Below are positions 50,462 through 60,236 of a stretch of 64,000 nt of DNA, in pieces. The translations under genes and the position numbers were made by a program. The notes beneath the pieces were generated by a model. The model ran no database searches, had not been told where the DNA came from, and saw only the letters and a program-made list of their open reading frames with translations. The stretch is from Candidatus Lustribacter sp. (GTDB taxonomy: Bacteria; Vulcanimicrobiota; Vulcanimicrobiia; Vulcanimicrobiales; Vulcanimicrobiaceae): contig OZ255842.1 in assembly GCA_965277805.1 (NCBI GenBank), positions 4,352,001-4,416,000 on the forward strand, read 5' to 3'. Positions within the stretch are counted from its first letter, which is position 1. The number at the start of each line of letters is the position of its first letter.

Positions 50462-50832
50462 CAGTCGAACGGCCAGAAACCGAGCGAGATGCCGAAGAAC
50501 GAATGGCCCGTGATTTGCGCCGGGCCCATCGCCCGTAATCTCTCCGCAACATCGTCGGGCGTGTCGAGGAAGCGCGTCCCCGGTCCGTATCCCGCGTGTC
50601 TCGTCGCTTCGTCGTAGCGAGCTCGCGCCTCGGCCGACGATGCGGCGTCGAACGCCTTCATCGCAGCCTCGCGCAACGAGCCGGCTTGATCCGGAGCAAT
50701 ATTCGCGAGGGCAGCGTCCGAAATCTGCGCGACCAGAAACTTGCGCGCTTCCGGGGTTACGGCTTGGGCGCGGCGTTCCTGAAACTCCGCCGCCGCGTCA
50801 TCGACAATGCGGGCGGCCTCTTCCCGTGTCAC
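50461..50832 (-). CDS. Hypothetical helical protein ending in FWPFD
   Basis: GTG start 8 nt after a GATAGT -10-like hexamer; the stop overlaps the next ATG by 1 bp (TGATG). Confidence 0.6.
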   Translation of the reverse strand: MTREEAARIVDDAAAEFQERRAQAVTPEARKFLVAQISDAALANIAPDQAGSLREAAMKAFDAASSAEARARYDEATRHAGYGPGTRFLDTPDDVAERLRAMGPAQITGHSFFGISLGFWPFD

Positions 50833-50980
50833 GCGGCCGCACTATCCGTTCCGTCGCCGGCCACCCTGTCGGCCAATCGAGGCCTCGCCGATTGCCGACA
50901 GCCATTGGACGAAGCGCGGAGCGAGCGCGTGCGCGTCGACCATAGGACTTTAGTCGGGGCTCCTTGTAAGCATCATTGCT

Positions 50981-52174
50981 ATGGCTCCTGGGTATTTTCG
51001 CAAATTAATTGCGTTGGTCATTACCGTTGCGTCACTTGCCGCGGTGGGTTCACCGGTGGGTGCGGCCGACCCGTATGAGATCAACGTGATCCTGCCGCTC
51101 ACCGGCCGGCTCGCGTTCGTCGCTGCGACCGATCAGCAAGCCCTCAAAGCCCTGGAAACATACACCAACAAGACCGGCGGCATCCGCGGAAGGCCGCTTT
51201 CGTTCGTTTTCGCCGACGATCAGTCCGATGCAAAAGTCGCGTTGCAACTCGCGCAGGGCCTGATCGCGAAGAATGTGCCGCTCATCATGGGACCTTCGAG
51301 TCCGGATGCTTGCGCTGCGATCGCCCCGATCATCGAACAGAACGGTCCGTTCTTGTATTGCTTAGCGAACGCGGGGCATCCCACGCCCGGAAGCTACAAC
51401 TTCCTCACCCTCTTCCCGTACGAACCGCAGTTCGTCGTGACGATGCGCTATTTCCGCGAGCGCGGCTTCAAGAAGCTCGCTTATGTGGTTGCCTCCGATG
51501 CCGGCGGTCACGACGCGGAGAAGGCATTGCTCTACGCGACCGGATTGCCGGAAAACAAGTCAATCCAAATCGTCGACCACGAGTACTTTACGCCCGGCGA
51601 TCTCAGCGCTGCGGCGCAAATGGAGCGGATCAGCGCTGCGAAGCCCGACGTGCTGGTCGTTTGGGCCACGGGCACGGCGGCTGGCACGCTCTTCCGCGGC
51701 GCCCAAGACGTGGGCATGGACCTGCCCACGGCCACCTCCCCCGGCAACCTCAATGCTGCCTTCTTCAAACAGTACGCATCGAAATTGCCGAGCAATTTGC
51801 TGTTCGCATCGGTGCCGTATTACGGCGGCGACGCGCAGATGAACCCGGCCACGCGCGCAGCGGTCGCGACGCTGACGAACGCGCTTGCGCCGCTGGGTGC
51901 GAAGCCCGACACGATCGAGATCTCAGCTTGGGATCCGGGCTTGATCATGGTCGATGCGCTGCGCAAGATCGGGCCGGGTGCCACGGCCGCACAACTCAAA
52001 GCGTACGTCAGCAACTTGCAAGGCTTTACCGGCGTCAACGGGCCATACGATTTCAAAGCGGAACCGCAACGCGGACTTGGCTCGAAGAACATCGTCGTGG
52101 TGAAATACGATCCAAAAGACGGTTCATTTACGGCGGTGAGCAAAGCCGGCGGCGATCCGCTCCCCGGCAAATAG
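50981..52174 (+). CDS. LivJ-like ABC substrate-binding protein
   Basis: Signal peptide; LPLTG, NKTGGIRGRP, DDQSD, FTGVNGPYDF. Confidence 0.88.
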   Translation: MAPGYFRKLIALVITVASLAAVGSPVGAADPYEINVILPLTGRLAFVAATDQQALKALETYTNKTGGIRGRPLSFVFADDQSDAKVALQLAQGLIAKNVPLIMGPSSPDACAAIAPIIEQNGPFLYCLANAGHPTPGSYNFLTLFPYEPQFVVTMRYFRERGFKKLAYVVASDAGGHDAEKALLYATGLPENKSIQIVDHEYFTPGDLSAAAQMERISAAKPDVLVVWATGTAAGTLFRGAQDVGMDLPTATSPGNLNAAFFKQYASKLPSNLLFASVPYYGGDAQMNPATRAAVATLTNALAPLGAKPDTIEISAWDPGLIMVDALRKIGPGATAAQLKAYVSNLQGFTGVNGPYDFKAEPQRGLGSKNIVVVKYDPKDGSFTAVSKAGGDPLPGK

Positions 52175-52180
52175 CCGATC

Positions 52181-52708
52181 ATGGTTGACGACGTCGAGTC
52201 GCTCATCACCGATGAGATGCGCGCGTGCATCGGCTACACGACGCCGCCGCTCGCGATTCCCGAAGAGATCAGCGCATCCGATGTGCGGCACTTCGTCTCC
52301 GTCATCGGCGAGACGAACCCGATCTACCGCGACGCGGCCTACGCACGGCGCATGGGCTACAAGGGCGTCGTCGTCCCGCCGATCTTCGTTGTCATTCTCT
52401 TCCGCCGCATTCAGGTACCGGTCGGACAACGGCCGGGTCTCGATTGGGGTCCGCTCCAGTTGCCGCCATCGTTCAAGAACACACGCAACGCCGGTCAAGT
52501 CTATGAGTGGCTGCGACCGGTGTACGTCGGCGACACGCTTACGATCACGACGAAGCTCGTCGATCTGCTGGCGCGCCGCACGCGCGACGGCCGGCCGATG
52601 ATCCTCATCGTTTCGGAATTCGAAATCCGCAATCAGCACGGCGAACTGATCCTCCGTCAGATGAATCACGACGCAAAACTCGAGCTGACGTCGTTCAAAG
52701 CGAGCTGA
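52181..52708 (+). CDS. MaoC/FAS1-like hot-dog dehydratase subunit
   Basis: IGETNPIYRD...VVPP, RPVYVGDTL, NQHGEL. Confidence 0.85.
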   Translation: MVDDVESLITDEMRACIGYTTPPLAIPEEISASDVRHFVSVIGETNPIYRDAAYARRMGYKGVVVPPIFVVILFRRIQVPVGQRPGLDWGPLQLPPSFKNTRNAGQVYEWLRPVYVGDTLTITTKLVDLLARRTRDGRPMILIVSEFEIRNQHGELILRQMNHDAKLELTSFKAS

Positions 52709-52710
52709 CA

Positions 52711-53838
52711 TTGGGACGGGTGCTCGATCTCTCGCGTCAAGCCGGCGTCTATGCGACCCGGCTCTTGGCCGAGCAAGGTCACGACGTGATTCGGCTCGAG
52801 CCGCCCGGCGGCGATGCGGTGCGGCGTCAAGGACCGTTCCTCGGCGGCGCGCCCGACATCGAAGACGGCGCCTACCATCAGTTCTTCAACGCCGGCAAAC
52901 GCAGCGTTGCGCTCGACGTGACGACGGCCGCCGGCCGCGAAGCATTCGCGCGGCTCGCGCAAATGGCCGACACGATCGTCGCGAGTTTGCCGCTGCCGAT
53001 TCCCGAAGCCGAACTGCGCGCGCGCAATCCGGATCTCGTGCTGGTGCTGATCACCGAAGACGACCGACCCGAGCTGTGCGCGTACGCGCGGTCGGGCCTG
53101 CTCTCGATCACCGGCCATCCCGATCGCGCGCCGGTGCTGATGGGCGGTCACATTATGTACGCCGCCACCGGTCTCTGGGTGATGATCGCGGCCGCATCGG
53201 CGCTGCTCGTGCATCGCATGACCGGCGAAGGCCAAACCGTGACGGTCGACATCCAGCAGTGCTTCGAATCGTTTCTCGATCACGGCATCGAAAACTACAT
53301 GGCGCGCGGACGGCGCGTCGAGCGCAGCGGCGCGCGCGGCTCGGTGACGGCGCTCGCCGGGGCGCTGCCCAGCAGCGACGGCTTCTGGATGCTGAGCTTG
53401 ATGGACTCGCGCGAACAGTGGCGGATGCTGCTCGAGTGGATGGACGATCCGGCGCTGACCAACGACGAGACGCTCGGCAAGTACGAAGCGCGGCTCGCGC
53501 GGCGCGACGAACTGCTCGACCGCATCGGCAACTGGGCGAGCGGATCCACCAAGCTCGACGTTGTGAGCGAGGCGCAGAGCCGCCACATTCCGGCGGCGCC
53601 GATTGCGACCTCGCTCGATCTGGCCGAAGACGCGCAGTTGATCGACCGCCGCTTTTTGGTCGAGATCGATCACCCCGCGCACGGTCATATGCTCTTCCCG
53701 CGCGGCGCGCTCGCCACGATCTGGGATCGCGAAATGCCGGTCGCGCCACGGCTGGGTTCGGCCAACGCCGAGATCTTGCGCGAAGTGGGTTACACGGAAG
53801 AAGAATGCGTGCTGCTGTTCGAACGGAGCGTGATATGA
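52711..53838 (+). CDS. Family III (CaiB/BaiF) CoA-transferase, BbsE-like subunit
   Basis: RVLDLS, VIRLEPPGGD, NAGKRSVALD, APRLG; TTG start. Confidence 0.87.
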   Translation: MGRVLDLSRQAGVYATRLLAEQGHDVIRLEPPGGDAVRRQGPFLGGAPDIEDGAYHQFFNAGKRSVALDVTTAAGREAFARLAQMADTIVASLPLPIPEAELRARNPDLVLVLITEDDRPELCAYARSGLLSITGHPDRAPVLMGGHIMYAATGLWVMIAAASALLVHRMTGEGQTVTVDIQQCFESFLDHGIENYMARGRRVERSGARGSVTALAGALPSSDGFWMLSLMDSREQWRMLLEWMDDPALTNDETLGKYEARLARRDELLDRIGNWASGSTKLDVVSEAQSRHIPAAPIATSLDLAEDAQLIDRRFLVEIDHPAHGHMLFPRGALATIWDREMPVAPRLGSANAEILREVGYTEEECVLLFERSVI

Positions 53839-54332
53839 GGCATCCCGATCCGGTTGAGGTCGAACAGCGGTATTTCGAGGATGTCCACGTCGGCACCGAG
53901 ATCCCGCCGCGCGACTTCGGGCCCCACACGCTGCTCAGCGCGGTGTTCTGGGCGGCCGTGCAAGAAAACGCCGGACTGCTGCACCTCGATCGCGATTACG
54001 TGCGCGAATTCCGCGGCGCACCCTCGATCGTGGTCAGCGGTCAGCAGCGCCAGAGTTTGCTCACCCGCGCGCTGATGGACTGGGCCGGCCCGCGCGGCTT
54101 CCTGCGCAAGATGGATTGCCGGCACCGCACCTCGACCTACGAAGGCGACTCGCACATTTTCTCGGCCAAGGTGATCGAGAAATCGAGCGATCCCGAATCG
54201 CCGTGGATCGTATTGGAGTTCGACGGCCGCAATCAAAAAGACGAGCAGATCTTGCGCGGCACGTGCACGATTCTGTTGCCGCGCCTCGACTGGCCGATCG
54301 AGCGCCACGTGTGGGACGCCGAGACGCCGTGA
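53835..54332 (+). CDS. MaoC-like hydratase subunit
   Basis: YFEDVHVG, ENAGLLHLDRDY, DWAGP; ATGA overlap with the upstream gene. Confidence 0.82.
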   Translation: MRHPDPVEVEQRYFEDVHVGTEIPPRDFGPHTLLSAVFWAAVQENAGLLHLDRDYVREFRGAPSIVVSGQQRQSLLTRALMDWAGPRGFLRKMDCRHRTSTYEGDSHIFSAKVIEKSSDPESPWIVLEFDGRNQKDEQILRGTCTILLPRLDWPIERHVWDAETP

Positions 54333-55489
54333 GCAGCCTGAGCGGCAAGTACGCAATCGTGGGCGTCGGTGAATCCGACGTCGGTCAGCGCACGGGCCGC
54401 ACCGGCATGGAACTGCACCTCGAAGCGGCGACGCGCGCCATCGCCGATGCGCGCATTGAGAAGTCGGCGATCGATAGCGTGATCGCGCGGCCCGCGCACA
54501 GCGCGAACATGGACAACTACTCCGCCGTGCTGGCCTACCAGCTCGGCCTGCAGCCCGCGTACATCACCGACGTCGGCCTCAGCGGCGCATCGTCGGTGTC
54601 GATGATCCTCGCCGCGGTGGCGGCGCTCGAAGCTGGGTTCTGCACGATGGCGCTGTGCGTGAACGGCGACTCGTCGAGTTCGCGCGGTTCGGCCAAAGAG
54701 ATGCACGCCGCGCACCGCAATTGGATCGACGATCTCGAGCGGCCGTACGGCTTGGTCGGTGCGCCGATCCAGTACGCGCTGCCCGCGATGCGGCACATGT
54801 ACGAATTCGGTACGACGAGCGAACAGTTCGGCGCGATCGCGGTCGCCTGCCGCAAGCACGGCGCCCTCACGCCCAACGCGGTGTGGCGCGAGCCGATTAC
54901 GCTGGCCGAGCATCAAGCCTCGCGCATGATCGTCGATCCGTTCCATCGCCTCGATTGCTGCGGCACGACCGACGGCGCGGGCGCCGTGATCGTGACGTCG
55001 GCCGAACGCGCGCGCGACCTGGCGCAAAAGGCCGTGTACGTACTCGGCCTCGGCCAGCACGCCTCGCACGCCGACGTGCAGTACGCCGCCTCGATGACGA
55101 CGAGCGCCGCCAAAGGCGCCGCGGACCAAGCCTACGCGATGGCGGGCCTGCGGCCGATCGACATCGACGTGGCCGAACTCTACGATTGCTTCACCTCGGT
55201 CGTGCTCGTCACGCTCGAAGATTACGGCTTTTGCAAGAAGGGCGAGGGCGGACCGTTCGTCGAGGGCGGCCGGATCGAACTCGGCGGCGAATTGCCGGTG
55301 AACACGAGCGGGGGACTGCTCTCGCAAGTCAACGCCAGCGGATTCTTTCACATCACCGAAGCGGCCACGCAGATGCGCGGCAGCGCCGGTGCGCGTCAGG
55401 TCGAGGACGCGGAAACCGCCATCGTCAGCGGACAGTGCGCGGTGACCGGCGTCAACGCATGTCTCATTCTCGGAAACCAACAGCCTTAA
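54329..55489 (+). CDS. SCP-x/Ltp2-type thiolase-fold protein
   Basis: AIVGVGES, DCCGTTDGAGAVIV, ELYDCFT, LEDYGFC, PVNTSGGLLS; GTGA overlap. Confidence 0.88.
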   Translation: MSSLSGKYAIVGVGESDVGQRTGRTGMELHLEAATRAIADARIEKSAIDSVIARPAHSANMDNYSAVLAYQLGLQPAYITDVGLSGASSVSMILAAVAALEAGFCTMALCVNGDSSSSRGSAKEMHAAHRNWIDDLERPYGLVGAPIQYALPAMRHMYEFGTTSEQFGAIAVACRKHGALTPNAVWREPITLAEHQASRMIVDPFHRLDCCGTTDGAGAVIVTSAERARDLAQKAVYVLGLGQHASHADVQYAASMTTSAAKGAADQAYAMAGLRPIDIDVAELYDCFTSVVLVTLEDYGFCKKGEGGPFVEGGRIELGGELPVNTSGGLLSQVNASGFFHITEAATQMRGSAGARQVEDAETAIVSGQCAVTGVNACLILGNQQP

Positions 55490-55504
55490 CATGGGAGCCT
55501 TCGC

Positions 55505-56608
55505 ATGATCGCCTGTCTTTCTCCGAACGGACAAAACACGACGCGCGGCAACGATGCCGTGACGAAGTTGCTGGTGGCAACGGTCGAGGGCATCAGCGTA
55601 CTCGAGCGCGAGCGGCCCGGTGCCGAGTGGCAAAACCGCGGCCACAAGCTCGAGGGCAAGCACTGCAGCTCGATCATGATCGAGCCCAAGCGCGGCGGCA
55701 TCTTTGCCGGTTTTCACGAGAACGGCGGCCTCTACTTCAGCAGCGACGGCGGCGAGACGTGGGAGCGCCGTATGAACGGTCTCACGATCGATCACGTCTT
55801 CTCGGTCGCGTACGCGCATCACGGCGATAAGGTCGTGTTGTATGCGGGCACCGAACCCGCGTCGATCTTCCGCAGCGACGACTACGGCTTGACGTGGGTC
55901 GAGCAGACCGGCGTGAAAGAGGCGCCCGATCGCGACAAGTGGCTCTTCCCGGGCAAACCGCACATCCCGCACGTGAAATCGATCACGGTGAGCCTCGCCG
56001 ATCCGAACATGGTGTGGGCGCTGGTCGAACAGGGCGCGCTCATGCGCACGACCGACGGCGGCGCGACCTGGATCGAACAAAAAGATTACTCCAAGCCCGA
56101 AGATCACAACTACCGCGACGTGCACCAGCTCACCATGCACCCGGTGAACACGAACGAGTTGTGGCTCACCACCGGCATGGGCGCCTACCACAGCCTCAAC
56201 AGCGGTGAGAAGTGGGAGCAGATCACCGACACGTCGTTCCGCGTCGGCTATCCCGACCATACGTTCGTCTCGCCGCTCGATCCCGACATGATGTTCGTTT
56301 CGGGCGCGATGATGTATCCGGGGCACTGGAAGAAAGTGCACCGCGCCGATCCCACGGTGATGAAGTCGCGAGATCGCGGACGCACGTGGGCTGATTCGAG
56401 CGAAGGTCTCGCCGAAGACCGCCGCGCGAACATCGAAGCGATGAGCATGGCGATCTATCCCGGCGGCTTCTCGCTCTTCGTCGGCAACACCGACGGCGAG
56501 GTCTACGAAACCGGCGATGCGGCCGAACACTGGACGCAGATCGCGCGTGCGCTCGGCCCGGTGTCGAAGATCTATCACTACAAGAACTTGCTGCCCGTTC
56601 CGGCGTGA
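55505..56608 (+). CDS. BNR/Asp-box beta-propeller protein (no signal peptide)
   Basis: Repeated S/T-x-D-x-G-x-T-W: SSDGGETW, SDDYGLTW, TTDGGATW, SLNSGEKW, SRDRGRTW. Confidence 0.85.
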   Translation: MIACLSPNGQNTTRGNDAVTKLLVATVEGISVLERERPGAEWQNRGHKLEGKHCSSIMIEPKRGGIFAGFHENGGLYFSSDGGETWERRMNGLTIDHVFSVAYAHHGDKVVLYAGTEPASIFRSDDYGLTWVEQTGVKEAPDRDKWLFPGKPHIPHVKSITVSLADPNMVWALVEQGALMRTTDGGATWIEQKDYSKPEDHNYRDVHQLTMHPVNTNELWLTTGMGAYHSLNSGEKWEQITDTSFRVGYPDHTFVSPLDPDMMFVSGAMMYPGHWKKVHRADPTVMKSRDRGRTWADSSEGLAEDRRANIEAMSMAIYPGGFSLFVGNTDGEVYETGDAAEHWTQIARALGPVSKIYHYKNLLPVPA

Positions 56609-57813
56609 TCGCACACGAACGGGCGCAAACGGCGTCCGGTGTCAGCCCGATTGCCGGGCTGAAGGTCTTCGACTTCACCCACGTCTTCGCCGGCCCGTTC
56701 TGCACGCGCACGCTGGCCGATCTCGGCGCCGACGTCGTGCACGTGGAAAGCCCGTCGCGCGATCCGGGCGACCGCCATCGCGCGACCTACGCGCACCGCA
56801 ACAAACGCTCGATCGCGCTCGACCTCAAGAGCGAAGCGGGACACGCTGTTGCGATGCAACTGGCGATGGGCGCCGACGTGATCGTCGAAAACTTCAGCGC
56901 CGGCGTAATGCGACGCTTGAAGCTCGACTACGAAACGCTCAGCAAAGACAACCCGCGCCTGATCTACATCAGCCTCTCGGGTTACGGCCATACCGGTCCG
57001 CGCAAATCGTGGACCAGCATGAACATGAACCTGCAGGCGTACACAGGTCTCATGCTCACGACCGGCGCTGAGGGCGATCCGCCGACCGCGATCTCGAATT
57101 CGTGGAACGACTACATCGGCGGCCTGCACGGTATCATCGCCGTGCTCGGCGCACTGACCGAGCGCGAAGACACCGGCCGCGGCCGCAACATCGACTTGAG
57201 CCAATTCGAGTGCAGCGTTGCGACGGTCGGCGCGCTCTTGATGGCGTCGGCCGTTTCGGGCAAACCGCCGAAGCGCTGGGGCAACCGTTCGAGCAGCGCC
57301 GCGCCGCAAGGCGCCTATCCGTGTGACGGCACCGACGAATGGTGCGTGATCGTCGCCGAAACCGACGAGCAGTGGCGTGCGCTGGCAAACGCGATCGGCC
57401 GCGCCGACCTCGCCGCCGACGAACGCTTCGCAACGGTGGTCGGACGGATGCGTCATCACGACGAGCTCGATGCGGCGATCGGCGCGTGGACGCGCGGCCG
57501 CCGCAACACCGAGGTGGAGCAGACGCTGCAGGCCGCCGGCGTTCCGGCCGAACGGATGCGGCGCGTGGACGACGTCGTCGAATCGCCGGATTCGGGCGGC
57601 GCATACCGGCCCGTGCCCGGCGAGCGGAAGAAGCCGCTCGTTGCCCCGTCGGTGCCGTTCACGTTCAGCAAGAGCACCGTGGCAACGTTCACCGCGCCGT
57701 GCACGTTAGGAGAACATACCGAAGAGGTACTGCGTGACTGGCTAGGCTTAGACGCCGCCGCAATCGCGTCGTTGCAGAGCCGGAACGCGTTCGGAGCTGA
57801 AAGGACAAACTGA
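56605..57813 (+). CDS. Family III (CaiB/BaiF) CoA-transferase, BbsF-like subunit
   Basis: DFTHVFAGP, LADLGADV, RNKRSIALDLK, ENFSAG, and catalytic-position Asp in WNDYIGG. Confidence 0.92.
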   Translation: MIAHERAQTASGVSPIAGLKVFDFTHVFAGPFCTRTLADLGADVVHVESPSRDPGDRHRATYAHRNKRSIALDLKSEAGHAVAMQLAMGADVIVENFSAGVMRRLKLDYETLSKDNPRLIYISLSGYGHTGPRKSWTSMNMNLQAYTGLMLTTGAEGDPPTAISNSWNDYIGGLHGIIAVLGALTEREDTGRGRNIDLSQFECSVATVGALLMASAVSGKPPKRWGNRSSSAAPQGAYPCDGTDEWCVIVAETDEQWRALANAIGRADLAADERFATVVGRMRHHDELDAAIGAWTRGRRNTEVEQTLQAAGVPAERMRRVDDVVESPDSGGAYRPVPGERKKPLVAPSVPFTFSKSTVATFTAPCTLGEHTEEVLRDWLGLDAAAIASLQSRNAFGAERTN

Positions 57814-58757
57814 TGGCCTCGTATTCGCGCGCCGCAGCATTGACCGGTATCGCCGCACTCGCCGCCGCGCCGGCGATCGTTCGCGGCGCCGACTTGGCTC
57901 CGATCCGCATCGGCGCCGCGCCGACCGACGCGACCGCCCAGCATCTCTACGCGCAAGACCTCGGCATGTTCGCGGCTGCCGGGCTCAGCGCGGAAATCCA
58001 GCCGATGCGAACGTCGGCATCGCTGATCGCGGCGATCGTCGGCGGCTCGCTCGATGTCATGACGAGCACGGTCGTTTCCATCGCGCTCGCGCACAACAAG
58101 GGCATCGATATGCGCGTGATCGCGGAAGGTAACGTCTACGACGGCCCGCCGCCGCAAGCGGCGATCGTGGTCGCGCCGAACTCGACGATCAAGAACGGCG
58201 CCGATCTCAACGGCAAGACCGTTGCGGTGAACGGTCTCGGCGATCTCACCCAAGTGGCGATCGCGGCGTGGATCGACGCTAACGGCGGCGAGTCGAAGTC
58301 GGTGAAGCTGATCGAGGTGCCGTTCTCCGGTGTCGGCGCGGCGCTCGCGCAAGGACGCATCGATGCCGCGCTGCTGGTCGAACCGTTCACGGCGGCGGCC
58401 CGCGCGGCGGGCCAGATCAAGATTCTCGGTGACCCGCAAGCAGCGATCGGACGCGGCTATATGGTCACCGGCTGGTATGCGAAGGCCGACTGGCTGAACG
58501 CGAATCGCGATACGGCGCGGCGGTTCGTCGACGTGATGCTGCAGACGGCGAAGTGGGGCAACGCGCATCATCCCGAGTCGGCAGCGATCCTGGCGAAGTA
58601 CGTGGGCATGACGGCCGATGCGATCCAGACGTCGCCGCGCGCCGTTTACGGCGAGAAGCCGATTCAGCCGGCGATGATTCAGCCCGTGCTGGACTTCTCG
58701 ACCAAGTACATCGGCCTCGAAAAGACGTCGGCCGCGGCGTTGATCTGGCGCGCTTAA
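57813..58757 (+). CDS. SsuA/NMT1-type ABC substrate-binding protein
   Basis: YSRAAAL signal; DLNGKTVAVNGLG; GRIDAALLVEPF. Confidence 0.88.
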   Translation: MASYSRAAALTGIAALAAAPAIVRGADLAPIRIGAAPTDATAQHLYAQDLGMFAAAGLSAEIQPMRTSASLIAAIVGGSLDVMTSTVVSIALAHNKGIDMRVIAEGNVYDGPPPQAAIVVAPNSTIKNGADLNGKTVAVNGLGDLTQVAIAAWIDANGGESKSVKLIEVPFSGVGAALAQGRIDAALLVEPFTAAARAAGQIKILGDPQAAIGRGYMVTGWYAKADWLNANRDTARRFVDVMLQTAKWGNAHHPESAAILAKYVGMTADAIQTSPRAVYGEKPIQPAMIQPVLDFSTKYIGLEKTSAAALIWRA

Positions 58758-59125
58758 AGGCGCGGTTGGAAGAGCGGCAACGTTGCCGCATCGGCGCGCT
58801 CGAGATAGGTAACCTCGACCGGCATGCCGATGCGCACCGCATCGGGATCGACGTTGACGACGTTGCTGAGAAAACGCGGTCCCTCTTCGAGTTCGATCAC
58901 GGCGACCACGTAGGGCACCTTTTCTTCCCAGCCGCGCCCGAGCGCCTGGCGCACGACGGCGAAGGTGTACACCGAGCCGCGGCCGCTCGCCGGTACCCAT
59001 TCGTGCTGGTCGCTCAAGCAATTTTGGCAGATGGGACTCGGCGGATGCCGGAACGCCCCGCACGCGTTGCAGCGCTGGATCAGCAGCTCCTTGCGCGAGG
59101 TTCCGTCCCACAGCGGCGTAAACAT
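58754..59125 (-). CDS. DUF35 zinc-ribbon / OB-fold protein (ChsH2-C / BbsA-like)
   Basis: QRCNACG...PICQNC, SGRGSVYTF, ELEEGPR, IGMPV. The start could be 59167. Confidence 0.9.
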   Translation of the reverse strand: MFTPLWDGTSRKELLIQRCNACGAFRHPPSPICQNCLSDQHEWVPASGRGSVYTFAVVRQALGRGWEEKVPYVVAVIELEEGPRFLSNVVNVDPDAVRIGMPVEVTYLERADAATLPLFQPRL

Positions 59126-59207
59126 GAGGTGAACATCTTCGCGCGGAGATCGATATCTCCGGCGCAAAGGAGAACTGTTAGGTACCTAAGTAACGCCGAA
59201 AGACGCC

Positions 59208-59720
59208 ATGGCTGAATCCGAACGCACGCGCTCGCGAGAGCGCGAACGCCCCACCCAAAGCGCTTACGAGGTGGCAATCACCTACGATAAGGAGCGCACC
59301 GAGCGGCAAAGCGTCGGCCGCGTCGTTTTGCGGTTGGAAGATTGCCCGCAAGAGCAAACGCGTCAGGGCCTCTTGCGCCCGTACCTCGATCCCTTCCTCA
59401 TTCCCGACACGCCGTTGCAGCACTGGGCCGTGTTCACGCACGAGATCCATACGAAATCTGGTAAGCACCGTCATCAAGGCGGTCTCGTGATCTACGTGAT
59501 CGACGGCAAGGGCTGGTCCGTGGTCAACGGCGAGAAAGTCGATTGGGAGAAGGGTGACCTGGTGTTGCTGCCGTTGGAAAAAGGCGGCGTCGAGCACCAG
59601 CACTTTAATGCCGACCCGGCGCATCCGGCGCTCTGGATCGCGTTCATTCACTTTCCGCTGCGCGACTACGTCGCCTCCGAAATGACGCAACTCGAAACCG
59701 CGGTGGACTATCGTGAGTGA
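59208..59720 (+). CDS. Cupin protein with intact metal-binding His residues
   Basis: SGKHRHQGG, YVIDGKG, WEKGDLV, EHQHFN. Confidence 0.85.
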   Translation: MAESERTRSRERERPTQSAYEVAITYDKERTERQSVGRVVLRLEDCPQEQTRQGLLRPYLDPFLIPDTPLQHWAVFTHEIHTKSGKHRHQGGLVIYVIDGKGWSVVNGEKVDWEKGDLVLLPLEKGGVEHQHFNADPAHPALWIAFIHFPLRDYVASEMTQLETAVDYRE

Positions 59721-60231
59721 TCGTACCGAACGGCTCGCCGAACAAAACTTCTGGGATCAGATTTTCGAGCTGCGCGACGAACAGCGCGCGCAGCGCAAGA
59801 ACGGCATCATGGTCATCAAGGAAGCGCAGCTGCCGCTCGAGGTCAACAAACAAGGCTTGATGCGCTGGTACATGCATCCGGGCATCAAAGACACGATCCT
59901 TTCGTGCTATCTCGTGTACTCGCAAGAGATTCCGCCTGGCAGCCGCTCGGGGCGGCTCTTGTTCGGCGGCGATCAGGTGATCTACGTCGTGGCCGGTCAA
60001 GGCTATACCGTGCTCGACGGCGTGAAGCATCCGTGGAAGGCCGGCGACGCGTTGAACTTGCCGCTGCGCAAGCCCGGCATCACCGTGCAGCACTTCAACA
60101 CCGATCCCGAGATCACGGCGAAGTTGATCGCCGTCGAGCCGAACTTTCTGCAATGCGCGAGCGTCGATCGAGGCACCGGTTTCGAACAGCTTGAAAACGC
60201 CCCCGAATACGACCGCGCAAAACGAGGCTGA
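59713..60231 (+). CDS. Cupin paralog lacking the HxH metal motif
   Basis: EIPPGSRSGRLLFGG, YVVAGQG, WKAGDAL, TVQHFN. Confidence 0.82.
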   Translation: MSDRTERLAEQNFWDQIFELRDEQRAQRKNGIMVIKEAQLPLEVNKQGLMRWYMHPGIKDTILSCYLVYSQEIPPGSRSGRLLFGGDQVIYVVAGQGYTVLDGVKHPWKAGDALNLPLRKPGITVQHFNTDPEITAKLIAVEPNFLQCASVDRGTGFEQLENAPEYDRAKRG

Positions 60232-60236
60232 TCCCG

